Shown here piece after piece: positions 27,603 to 35,696 of a stretch of DNA of 46,066 bases (positions within the stretch are counted from its first letter, which is position 1; each line of letters starts with the position of its first letter). A program made the position numbers and the translations under genes. The stretch covers positions 1 to 46,066 of IMG/VR virus record IMGVR_UViG_3300049927_000065; one strand, 5' to 3'. The notes under the pieces are model-generated. The model did not search any database. It was not told the DNA's origin and saw only the letters and a program-made list of their open reading frames with translations. Source of the DNA: a virus.

Positions 27603-27913
27603 TTCACCGACAAGCCTTTATCGCGCCCGGTGTAGAAATCGACGGCGGCTTTGAAACGGAATTTGCAGCCGGCGAGCGCCGCGCGATCCGCTGCCCATCC
27701 GCGCTCCGCGGGGCCATCGTTCATGGCACCGTCCGGGATGGTGCTCGGCTCATCGCACGGTGCCGTCAGCGCCCCCGGAGGGGCGGCGTTCTGTAGCTCA
27801 ACGACCGGGCGGCTGTCCAGCTTGGCGGATGCGCCGCATGCTGTCAGCGTCATGACAAACGCGCTTGTCATTGCGAGCCGACAGGCGAGCGACTTCGGAC
27901 TTGAGGGACGCAT
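27599..27913 (-). CDS. o-spanin (outer-membrane lipoprotein, Rz1-like)
   Basis: Lipobox LTAC after a hydrophobic leader (MTSAFVMTLTAC-G). GGAGAAACGCA-ATG at 27913. The start is embedded out of frame in the i-spanin gene (overlapped architecture). Confidence 0.7.
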   Translation of the reverse strand: MRPSSPKSLACRLAMTSAFVMTLTACGASAKLDSRPVVELQNAAPPGALTAPCDEPSTIPDGAMNDGPAERGWAADRAALAGCKFRFKAAVDFYTGRDKGLSVK

Positions 27914-28190
27914 TGCGTTTCTCCGATGCAACAGCTTGGGCGAGAGAGGCCTCGGCCTCGCCTTCCGCCTTGGCGATGACCGCCTGACGCCGGGCGCTCT
28001 CGGCCGCCGTCAGCTTTTCCTGCGCGGCGACATACACGGCTACGGCCTGACGGCGCTCATGGACGATGAAACCCACGATCGCGCCGAAGGCCAGCAGACC
28101 GACGAGAACCGCCTGGCACGGCTTGCAGGACCGCACCTTGGCCATGAAGGGCAGCATGGGCAGAAGGTAGGGCAGCAGAAAGGCGATCAT
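27798..28190 (-). CDS. i-spanin (Rz-like)
   Basis: N-terminal TM segment(s) followed by a long Ala/Glu/Lys/Arg coiled-coil-like region. CGGAGGTTCC-ATG. Overlaps the o-spanin gene. Confidence 0.7.
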   Translation of the reverse strand: MIAFLLPYLLPMLPFMAKVRSCKPCQAVLVGLLAFGAIVGFIVHERRQAVAVYVAAQEKLTAAESARRQAVIAKAEGEAEASLAQAVASEKRNASLKSEVARLSARNDKRVCHDADSMRRIRQAGQPPGR

Positions 28191-28342
28191 GGAACCTCCG
28201 GGGGTGGCTTCATGGAACCCGTAAACGGGACCTCGCCATGCCCCTTGACTTCATGCTTGGGGGCGTCCGCAGCCGGAGGGCCTTCGGAGCGGCCGGAAGG
28301 GCGGGGGGCCGTCAGCGGATTGATAGTGGGATCGTTCGTCAT
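28187..28342 (-). CDS. Pro-rich 51-aa ORF
   Basis: Hand-translated as MTNDPTINPLTAPRPSGRSEGPPAADAPKHEVKGHGEVPFTGSMKPPPEVP. ATGA overlap with the i-spanin start. GC3 about 70%. Confidence 0.35.
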   Translation of the reverse strand: MTNDPTINPLTAPRPSGRSEGPPAADAPKHEVKGHGEVPFTGSMKPPPEVP

Positions 28343-28355
28343 AGCAGTTTTCCCT

Positions 28356-29297
28356 TTAAGTGGCGCATTGATAACAGGGGTTGGCGCTCCATCCGTGGGG
28401 TAGGAGGTTGTTGAGCCATTCGTAGTTGCCCGCGCCGTCCGTACACCAAAAGCCGGTGTAGGTGTTGGTGGGCTCGTAGTAATCGTAAACGATACCGGAA
28501 CCCGCCACGGCGGGCCACCATGCCGGATTGTCGATCTTGTTGCCCGCGCCCGGCTGAGCGACCGTGATCAGCGTTCTGCTGTAGCCGTACACTGGACAGG
28601 ACCAGATGCCAAAACGAACCCATGTCGACGGGTCCCAACGGTTGATGGTTGACAGAACCCCACCGACGTAAACGAGTTTGGTGCCGTCTGGGCTGAACGC
28701 CGGCATGTCGCTTTCGGGGTAATTCGGGTCCGTATTAGGGGGGAGAAGGAATGGAATACCATATCCCGAAGTATTTACTGTGTAAATCTGTCGGCCATTA
28801 TTGGGGGAATTTGCGGCGAAAGCGCACAACGTACCGTCAGGGGAAATCGAACCCGGCTGCACTCCGTTAAGAGCGCTCGACAACGGATATAAGTAGGTTC
28901 CGTCTTCGTAAAGAACCCAAATGTCATCTCGCCCGGTTTGGGTGTTCCGAGCGTGGAAGATGATTTTGCCGGCGGCGTAAGATGGCCGAGCGATATTTGA
29001 CAACCCAGGAACCGTCGTGTACGCCAGATTCCCGGTGACGTGGTTGGACACCCCGATGGTCTTGCGATCGGCGGCTACGAACACCGATTTGTATATGTCG
29101 TTGCCAGCAGACCCGCGAGCGGCATCATACCCGTGGATATAGCCATTGGCATCCGTCCATCCCGGAATTTGGGTTGAGGACCAGTAATACTGAGTGTAAT
29201 AGTAGCTCCCAGACTGGTGAATGGTGGCCATAATGCCACTACCGTCATACCAGCACTTATCGAAGCCGACGTAGGAGTTGAAGTCGATGATTGCCAT
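28356..29297 (-). CDS. PD40/TolB-like beta-propeller protein
   Basis: 313 aa. PD40-type repeats SISPDGTLCAFAANSPNNGRQIYTV and PAFSPDGTKLVYVGG. GAAAGG lies upstream of ATG 29297. No N-terminal signal peptide. Local GC about 50%. Confidence 0.6.
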   Translation of the reverse strand: MAIIDFNSYVGFDKCWYDGSGIMATIHQSGSYYYTQYYWSSTQIPGWTDANGYIHGYDAARGSAGNDIYKSVFVAADRKTIGVSNHVTGNLAYTTVPGLSNIARPSYAAGKIIFHARNTQTGRDDIWVLYEDGTYLYPLSSALNGVQPGSISPDGTLCAFAANSPNNGRQIYTVNTSGYGIPFLLPPNTDPNYPESDMPAFSPDGTKLVYVGGVLSTINRWDPSTWVRFGIWSCPVYGYSRTLITVAQPGAGNKIDNPAWWPAVAGSGIVYDYYEPTNTYTGFWCTDGAGNYEWLNNLLPHGWSANPCYQCAT

Positions 29298-29301
29298 TCG
29301 T

Positions 29302-30162
29302 TTAACCTTTCTGTGAGCCGCCGTGACGGAGTTTCCAGACCACAAGGGCGACGGCGATTGAGGCGATCAGCATGATGGTGTCGATTTCCATGTGAACGCC
29401 GGTAAACATGGCTTGGAGCTTATCGAAGAGCTGCGTGCCGGACACGGCGAGAGTGCCGCCGATAGCCTTCTGGTGGCCCATCGTCCCGCCATCCGTCGCG
29501 GGGGCGGGCAGCTCCGCCACTACCGGAGGGTCAGCCGCCGGCCGCGGTGCCGGTGCGGCCTCCTCGTCGAGCCCGTCGTGAAAGGCCTTGGCGTAGCCAG
29601 CGATCATCGCGGCATGATCGCTGCCGTTGATGATGCGGCGTGCGCCATCCCAATCCTCATCGGTATCGTTGAAATATCGTTGCAGATTGACGCCCGAGAA
29701 GGTATCGCCCGGCTCGCCGGTCATTCCGTGGATCATGATCACAGCGGCGACCGCCGGTTCCATCGCGCGATCCGGCGCGCCGACCAGATCGATCCCGGTA
29801 AGTCGGGTCATTTTCTCGTAGTTCGTGCGCCCCGTGAGCTGAACGAACCCACGGCCGGCGAACTTCACCCCGTCGCCGGGGTTCACGTTTCCGAGCCGGC
29901 GGGCGAGTTCCGGGTTTTCCCCCTCGATGTCATAGCGCCGCTTGAAGTAGGCGTCGCCCCCGTACTCATGGACCGGCTGCATCGTGTGCGCGGTCTCGGC
30001 GTAGGTGGTGCCGAGCATGTAGCCCAACCAGCGCAGGTCGGTGGAGTTGGACGCCTCCCATGCGTCGAGAATGAAGTTGATCCCGTCGACCTGGGGCTGC
30101 TCGAAGCGCCCCCCGAATACGGAGACGCGGATGCTTGAAAAGAGTTTTCCCCGGTCGATCAT
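29302..30162 (-). CDS. Endolysin, glycoside hydrolase family 19-like, with C-terminal TM segment
   Basis: YAETAHTMQPVHEYGG...LGNVNPGDGVKFAGRGFVQLTGRTNY matches the GH19 catalytic core. A Pro-rich linker and the hydrophobic stretch TIMLIASIAVALVVW follow. Confidence 0.75.
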   Translation of the reverse strand: MIDRGKLFSSIRVSVFGGRFEQPQVDGINFILDAWEASNSTDLRWLGYMLGTTYAETAHTMQPVHEYGGDAYFKRRYDIEGENPELARRLGNVNPGDGVKFAGRGFVQLTGRTNYEKMTRLTGIDLVGAPDRAMEPAVAAVIMIHGMTGEPGDTFSGVNLQRYFNDTDEDWDGARRIINGSDHAAMIAGYAKAFHDGLDEEAAPAPRPAADPPVVAELPAPATDGGTMGHQKAIGGTLAVSGTQLFDKLQAMFTGVHMEIDTIMLIASIAVALVVWKLRHGGSQKG

Positions 30163-30233
30163 TTCTTGATCCCTTGTGAGAAGGCGAGCATGAGCGCGGC
30201 GAAAACGATGGCCGCGATGATGAGCGTGAACAT
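30159..30233 (-). CDS. 24-aa single-TM micro-ORF
   Basis: MFTLIIAAIVFAALMLAFSQGIKK. TGATG overlap with the holin stop and ATGA overlap with the endolysin start. Confidence 0.4.
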   Translation of the reverse strand: MFTLIIAAIVFAALMLAFSQGIKK

Positions 30234-30526
30234 CAGATCACCGCGATTAGTGCGACGATGGTTAGAATGAGCCCAGCACCGGATAGAAGCAGGATCAAAA
30301 AAGCTACTCGATCCTCCGCTATCAGCACCTCGCGCCGACGAACCACCCAATATAAGGTCTTCCACCGAATTCGCCATCTGCGGCCGGTATCGCTTTCCCA
30401 CAGGAGAACCGCGTACCATGCGACCGCGAACAGGGCGGCGAGAGGCGGCAAGACTTGACCTAGCACGCCCCCAAGGGCCGCGAGCGCGGCGCCATCAACA
30501 AACCATTCGTGACCTGGGCGAGACAT
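30233..30526 (-). CDS. Putative holin (97 aa, 2-3 TM segments)
   Basis: Hydrophobic stretches AALAALGGVLGQVLPPLAALFAVAWYAVLLW and VAFLILLLSGAGLILTIVALIAVI flank a highly basic loop. It is the first gene of the lysis block. No clear SD. Confidence 0.5.
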   Translation of the reverse strand: MSRPGHEWFVDGAALAALGGVLGQVLPPLAALFAVAWYAVLLWESDTGRRWRIRWKTLYWVVRRREVLIAEDRVAFLILLLSGAGLILTIVALIAVI

Positions 30527-30560
30527 CGATCAAAGGGCTACCACAAGAGGTGTACATTCA

Positions 30561-30589
30561 TGTATACACCGACCCCCACGCAGGGTCAA
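30561..30589 (-). promoter_or_regulatory. Sigma70-like promoter candidate for the lysis cassette
   Basis: Minus strand: TTGACC (30589-30584), a 17-nt spacer, then TATACA (30566-30561). It overlaps the imperfect palindrome GGTGTACA-N6-TATACACC. Confidence 0.35.
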
Positions 30590-30936
30590 GTTCCGAATGG
30601 GTCGCTCCATGGATACGACTTGGGAACCGCTGCGCCGTCATCATCCGTACCGCGGAGGGCCGAAAGAGGGACCAGCGGCGAAGCGCGGTTTTGTACCGCG
30701 GCCGCCAGGGCTTCCTTGGCTAGAACAGAGATTTCCCGTTGGAGGTACCAAACCGCCTTCTGCAAGTCCTGCACGGCGGCGCCCTTTTTTCCGGAACGCA
30801 GCAGATATTTGAGGGCATTGCCGCGGTGATAGTTCCCCGGTGCAAACGCCTCGATTACGTCGATAGCCTCCATACCGTTCGCTTTGTAATGCGCGGGCTG
30901 GTGGACGATCGGGTCGTAAAGTTCATCAGGGCTCAT
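30586..30936 (-). CDS. DUF3310-family protein
   Basis: PAHYKANGMEAIDVIEAF...GNALKYLLRSGKKG...DLQKAVWYLQREI matches the DUF3310 signature. Confidence 0.7.
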   Translation of the reverse strand: MSPDELYDPIVHQPAHYKANGMEAIDVIEAFAPGNYHRGNALKYLLRSGKKGAAVQDLQKAVWYLQREISVLAKEALAAAVQNRASPLVPLSALRGTDDDGAAVPKSYPWSDPFGT

Positions 30937-31361
30937 GTGATCCTCCGCTTGCTAAAATGTGTATACAGACTCTCTTCCGAGAAGAAAACCGCATCCGCGA
31001 TTTTGTACATCAAATCCCAATCGTCGGGCTCGCGGTCGAAGAAGACAAACCCCGGCCGACCAGTGCCTATGAGCCAGCCCAACTCCAGATGAGCGGATTT
31101 ACCCGCGGGCAGAACGAGTAGCCCTGCGTCCGCGTCGGCAAGATGGTGCATGTCGAACCGGAAACTGTTGCCCGCGGCGCGGCCCCGCAATGCCTCGGCG
31201 TATGTGTCGCCCCGTTGCCGATGATACCGGCGCCATTGGAGATCCGCCTCGGGGCCACCCGCGTGCCAATCGTCAAACACATCATGGCCAAGATCACGCA
31301 AACCCTTGCCGATGTTAGGCACATGAGGGTTCTTGAGCGATCCCATCAGGTAGATTTTCAT
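30933..31361 (-). CDS. Nucleoside 2-deoxyribosyltransferase-like protein
   Basis: MKIYLMGSL at the N-terminus and LVLPAGKSAHLELGWLIGTGRP fit the Ndt/Rcl-superfamily pattern (N-terminal Rossmann strand plus catalytic Glu loop). Confidence 0.55.
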   Translation of the reverse strand: MKIYLMGSLKNPHVPNIGKGLRDLGHDVFDDWHAGGPEADLQWRRYHRQRGDTYAEALRGRAAGNSFRFDMHHLADADAGLLVLPAGKSAHLELGWLIGTGRPGFVFFDREPDDWDLMYKIADAVFFSEESLYTHFSKRRIT

Positions 31362-32497
31362 GCAGCCTCCAGCATTGATGGGTTGACAGTGTATCGGGCG
31401 ACTTCGCCGTGTTCGCGATGCAACACTATCGCCTTCATGTCCCGGCCGGCGCGGTATCCCTTGTTGGCCGCCCAGGCGTCAGCGGGGGCGAGGATACGGA
31501 AGCTCTCAACCGAGCAACCCTGGAAATCATAGTGCCTCTGCGTATGGACATGGCCGGTCCACCAATACCGATGTGACGTGGTGCCCCACAATTCCTTGCG
31601 GTCGTGAGCCATGATCATGGGCAGGTCGGCGATCTTCGCACCGTGCCCATGATGGACGCCTACAAGATTTTGCCCAAAGTCAAAGTAGTGAAAGTGCCGC
31701 GGAGAAGTGTCGACAGCGACGCGCGGGTTGTCTTCATAGATGTTGTGCAGAGCTTCCATAAGGAAGATGCTAGAAGCAAGATCGTGGTTGCCTATCTCCA
31801 CGATCACCAGGACTTCCTTATGCCGACGAGCCGCAGTCTCGATCGCACGACGCATTGTGCGTACCGCCGCCCGCACCATCTTGGGAAACCGCCCGTCGCT
31901 GTCGAGTATGTTGCGGCTCGTTGGTGTCACGGCGTCGAAGCTGTCGTAGTGCATGAAATCGCCGAGAAACACGACCGCGGCCCGGTCGCAGGCGGGCGTC
32001 ACCTCCGCGAGGTGGTCCATCGCGCCAGCCAACAGGCGCTCGCCGATTTCTAGGTCATAGCTCGCGCCCGTCTCATGCTTCCACGACAGCATGCCCATGT
32101 GATGATCGCCAACTGGATAACAGGCCATCAGGTCTTCGTTGGTGTCCTTGGGGGCATCGAGCGGCGCGGCTCGGGGTAGGTCTTCGGCGAGCGCCTTCGC
32201 CCACTCCTGTAGGTTGGCGATGCGCTGGGCGTCTTCCGGCTTCTCGATGATCCATTGCGCCCGAACGTCCCCGTCTGGCCCATACAGGGTGGACACGCGG
32301 GCGATTTTCGCTGGGTCCGGTACGTGCGGCACCTCGTCGGCAGCGCGGCCCGCGAGTACGAACGTCTCGCTTGTCGTCTCACCCGCACCATTGACCGTCC
32401 GCTTGGACAGCTTCATTTCCTGTGTGATCGCGCGACGACGTGCGTTCGCCCGCTCCCGCATCTGCTCGACTGTTTCACCTGTGCGTGGGGTTGGCAT
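31358..32497 (-). CDS. Calcineurin-like metallophosphoesterase
   Basis: Motifs GDHHMG, VVFLGDFMHYD, GNHD, VHHGHG and GHVH. ATG 32497 is coupled (TGATG) to the upstream small ORF. About 130 aa of unique N-terminal extension. Confidence 0.75.
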   Translation of the reverse strand: MPTPRTGETVEQMRERANARRRAITQEMKLSKRTVNGAGETTSETFVLAGRAADEVPHVPDPAKIARVSTLYGPDGDVRAQWIIEKPEDAQRIANLQEWAKALAEDLPRAAPLDAPKDTNEDLMACYPVGDHHMGMLSWKHETGASYDLEIGERLLAGAMDHLAEVTPACDRAAVVFLGDFMHYDSFDAVTPTSRNILDSDGRFPKMVRAAVRTMRRAIETAARRHKEVLVIVEIGNHDLASSIFLMEALHNIYEDNPRVAVDTSPRHFHYFDFGQNLVGVHHGHGAKIADLPMIMAHDRKELWGTTSHRYWWTGHVHTQRHYDFQGCSVESFRILAPADAWAANKGYRAGRDMKAIVLHREHGEVARYTVNPSMLEAA

Positions 32498-32679
32498 CAA
32501 CAATCGTCCTTTGTTCCTGGCAGCACGCCGTCGCCGGTAATCAGTTCATCGAGGGGTAGGGGTAGGGTTCGGTGGGTCGGGCCTCTGTGCCTTCTCCTCC
32601 ACGGCGTGCGCTGCCCACGTTTATAGTCGAGCCATTCCTCCTGATCCGCGAGGCGATCAAGCTGTAGAAATCGGGCCAT
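32497..32679 (-). CDS. Hypothetical protein (60 aa)
   Basis: GGAGG lies 9 nt upstream. The stop overlaps the next start. GC3 is only about 62%. Confidence 0.4.
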   Translation of the reverse strand: MARFLQLDRLADQEEWLDYKRGQRTPWRRRHRGPTHRTLPLPLDELITGDGVLPGTKDDC

Positions 32680-33457
32680 AGCCGACTGCCTCCATGTAGA
32701 TGGTCACGAAACTGGCCGCGACTTGCGGGACGATGGCGTTGCCAATACCACGAAGTTGAGCCAAGCGGGAGGGAAACCCATTAACCATAAGGGGTATGCC
32801 GGATTTAACCGAAGGAACTCTATAGCGGTGCCCGTTGGAGTGAAGGACTGTTCGGTACTCATCCCATATTGATGTCGCGCAATCGCCCATGAATTTGGTC
32901 CTCGGCCACCCTTCACGTGACTGGGGGATCTTCGGCGATCGTCCGTCTTCGGTGTCGCGACCCCGTGCCACCCAATATAGCCGTTGTCGGATATGGGGCG
33001 CGCCCTCGCCCGCAGCGCACAGATCGGCGGCCCCGACGCCATATCCCAATGCTTCCAAGTCAGCACGTACTCCGGAGAGCCATCCACGTCCATCCTTGCT
33101 CGCAACCTGTTCTCCAAAGACGACTGGAGGGCGGCACTTCGCGATGAGGCGGTGGAACTCGGGCCATAAATGGCGGGCGTCGGCGGTTCCGAGACGCTTG
33201 CCGGCGGCGCTGAAAGGCTGACAGGGGCAAGAGCCGGTCCACACGGGTCCACAGAAGCCCGCCTGCGCGAGCGCGTAGGGCCAACCTCCGATGCCCGCGA
33301 AAAAGTGACAGTCAGCGTACCCCCGAAGATCGGAGCCGTGTACGTCGGCGATGCTCCGCTCGTCAACATCGCCCGCCGGCAAATGTCCTTGAGTGATAAG
33401 CGCGCGAAGCCATGCGGCGGCATGCTTATCCCACTCATTATAGTATGCGCGGGCCAT
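32657..33457 (-). CDS. DNA (cytosine-5)-methyltransferase
   Basis: Motif I FFAGIGG, motif IV SCPCQPFS, motif VI FGEQV, motif VIII QRLYW, motif X GNAIVP. GGGAGGCGGATC-ATG at 33457. Confidence 0.85.
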   Translation of the reverse strand: MARAYYNEWDKHAAAWLRALITQGHLPAGDVDERSIADVHGSDLRGYADCHFFAGIGGWPYALAQAGFCGPVWTGSCPCQPFSAAGKRLGTADARHLWPEFHRLIAKCRPPVVFGEQVASKDGRGWLSGVRADLEALGYGVGAADLCAAGEGAPHIRQRLYWVARGRDTEDGRSPKIPQSREGWPRTKFMGDCATSIWDEYRTVLHSNGHRYRVPSVKSGIPLMVNGFPSRLAQLRGIGNAIVPQVAASFVTIYMEAVGYGPISTA

Positions 33458-33794
33458 GATCCGCCTCCCGCAGCAGCTCGAAAAAGTCGTCGGCACCGAG
33501 CACGACCAACCAGTCGCCTTTACACGACGTCTTCCGCTTGTCGTCGTTGCAGCGATGAACTACAACCGGCGTGCAGCCCACGGCGGCGTCACGGCGCGCC
33601 TGGTCGACTGCGGCGTAGAGCGCCAGCCGTTCGGTGCGCTTCACCTCGAAATGGACACCGGGGATGCTGTGGATCACATCCGGGCTCTCACCGCCACCGG
33701 AGAATTGCTGACCCCGGCGCGCCTCATAGCCCCGGTCCTTCAGCTCCTTGGCCCACTCCAATTCGCCGCGGGCGCCCTTATCCCTGCTGTTCAC
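33438..33794 (-). CDS. PD-(D/E)xK nuclease, Holliday-junction-resolvase (Hjc)-like
   Basis: KGARGELEWAKELKDRGYEARR...SPDVI...VHFEVKRTE matches the Hjc-type G.RgE...D...E.K layout. GTG start. Confidence 0.6.
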   Translation of the reverse strand: MNSRDKGARGELEWAKELKDRGYEARRGQQFSGGGESPDVIHSIPGVHFEVKRTERLALYAAVDQARRDAAVGCTPVVVHRCNDDKRKTSCKGDWLVVLGADDFFELLREADHGPRIL

Positions 33795-34065
33795 GCCATC
33801 CCCTCGGGCGGCAGGAGACCCGGCTGCCCTTTGTCACATGAGGCGTTGAGCCCGCTGAGATAGTGGTGGAACCCGTACATGAAGCTGCCTCGCGGATCAA
33901 ATCCTGCGGCGTGCCAGACGGCACATGCTCGACATGATGCACCGCGCCGGCCGCGAAGATCATCACCGCGGTGAACGTCACGGCGGTGCCATGCGTCCGC
34001 ATGGCCTCATTGAAGACCACGGTAAGCCCCCGCTGCACATCCATAACGGCATCAGCTTTGTCCAT
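33778..34065 (-). CDS. Hypothetical protein (95 aa)
   Basis: AGGAGATCGCTAA-ATG immediately after the polymerase stop. One hydrophobic stretch. Confidence 0.45.
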   Translation of the reverse strand: MDKADAVMDVQRGLTVVFNEAMRTHGTAVTFTAVMIFAAGAVHHVEHVPSGTPQDLIREAASCTGSTTISAGSTPHVTKGSRVSCRPRGWREQQG

Positions 34066-34076
34066 TTAGCGATCTC

Positions 34077-35696
34077 CTATTTCCTGTAACGCGCGTCAGC
34101 CCAGCTCTCGACGGCAATTGGCACCTTGATCCGCCGGCTGTAGGCGGTCTGTTCCGCCATGATCTGCTCATACGCCTTCTTGTCGCTGCGAGCAAGCGAT
34201 ATCTCACTCATGCACTCATCGTGGACCGTAAGTACGAGTGGAAATCCGTTCGCCTCCAGCCGGTGCATGGCCTCGCACAGAAATCCCCGTGCAATTTTCT
34301 GCACGACGTTCTCACAAAGTAATCCTCCGTAGGCGTAGACCGTCCGCCATTGGCCCTGCTTCATCGTCTGATAGCACCAGCACGGCCGGATGTCGGGCTT
34401 GTCCGCGGTGCTCCACGGCATTTTCTTTGCTGTCAAGCACGGATCGCGATACCACATGATCTGCCCGTCAGGGATGATACAGGCGAGCGCGTGCGGATAC
34501 CACTGGTAGGTGATGCCATACGCCTCACAACGCCCCTGCGTCTGCACGGCGCGCAGGGCGGCGTTCTCCAGAGCCCACCACAACTTCGGCACCTCGGGCG
34601 CCCACACCTCGCGATAGGCCCTTATGACACCCTGCGCGAACTCATCGGACATGTCGGGGCAATACCGATCCTTGAACTTCTGCCAGCCCATCTGAAAACC
34701 GCAGCCTAGAACAGTGTTCTTGCCGATCTGGCGCTGCGGCGCATGCTGCACCTTGTTGAACGACCCCTTGGGTGCCTGATAGATATCCTCGGCCATATCG
34801 AGATAGACGTCCTTGCCGGATGCCAGCAACGCGGTCTTGTCATGCTGACCGGCGAGCGCGAGCACGACGCGCATTTCGATCCCGGCGAAGTCTCCCGTGT
34901 TGAATTCATGCTCGTCCGCGGCAATGATCGCATGACGCAGACCGGAGGCTACCGCGGCGATCGGATCGCCGAACACCATATTGATGTAGTCGAGATTGCC
35001 CCCGAAGATCGCCGAGACAAGTGCGTCGGGGTCGTGGCCGCCCTCTATTTTCCCTCGGGGAAAATTTTGCGGCTGGAACAGCCGGCCAGTCCAGCGTCCG
35101 GGGCCTGCGCCATGGTACTGGAGGGTATACCGGACCCGTCCGTCTGCGTTGACACAGGCGAGCATGCGATGGAGCTTCTTGATGCTGGCGCTCCCGAGCA
35201 CTGCCCTAATCTCAAGCGCCCTCCGCACCCTCGGGGGCACCGTTTGTTGGTCAAGAGCAGAGGGCACCATTTCCAACTCGCCGGCTTCTTCATCGTCATC
35301 CTCATCGATCCCGAGCGCCTTGAGGTTTTCCTTACTCAAGCTGTCGATCGGGAAACCGTTGACCCCGCACCAAGCGGTGAGCTTCTGAACCTGTGTCATC
35401 TTGAGGCCACCTGTCAGCTCCGCGAACTCAGCGGCGAGCGGCTGACTGGCCTTGGCTACCACATCGAGACAGGCATGCACGTAGGGTAGGTCGATGCGTA
35501 GACCGCGCTGGTTGATGCGTTGGTCTAGCTCCCACACCCGGCGCTCATAGGGCGAGAGCGGGCCCACAGCGGCCCCTACGGCTATCTCCGTGCGACAATC
35601 CTGTACGCAGTATTCCCCGACGCGGCGCAGCGTCTCAGGTGTCCTATCATAGGTGCCCTTGACGAACCGCCTCCGCCATTCAGCCTGCGTTGTCAT
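34077..35696 (-). CDS. DNA polymerase I family A, C-terminal fragment (ExoIII motif plus polymerase domain)
   Basis: ExoIII-like YCVQD, motif A GDFAGIEMRV, motif B RQIGKNTVLGCGFQMG, motif C LTVHDE. The start overlaps the MTase stop (ATGA). Confidence 0.9.
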   Translation of the reverse strand: MTTQAEWRRRFVKGTYDRTPETLRRVGEYCVQDCRTEIAVGAAVGPLSPYERRVWELDQRINQRGLRIDLPYVHACLDVVAKASQPLAAEFAELTGGLKMTQVQKLTAWCGVNGFPIDSLSKENLKALGIDEDDDEEAGELEMVPSALDQQTVPPRVRRALEIRAVLGSASIKKLHRMLACVNADGRVRYTLQYHGAGPGRWTGRLFQPQNFPRGKIEGGHDPDALVSAIFGGNLDYINMVFGDPIAAVASGLRHAIIAADEHEFNTGDFAGIEMRVVLALAGQHDKTALLASGKDVYLDMAEDIYQAPKGSFNKVQHAPQRQIGKNTVLGCGFQMGWQKFKDRYCPDMSDEFAQGVIRAYREVWAPEVPKLWWALENAALRAVQTQGRCEAYGITYQWYPHALACIIPDGQIMWYRDPCLTAKKMPWSTADKPDIRPCWCYQTMKQGQWRTVYAYGGLLCENVVQKIARGFLCEAMHRLEANGFPLVLTVHDECMSEISLARSDKKAYEQIMAEQTAYSRRIKVPIAVESWADARYRK

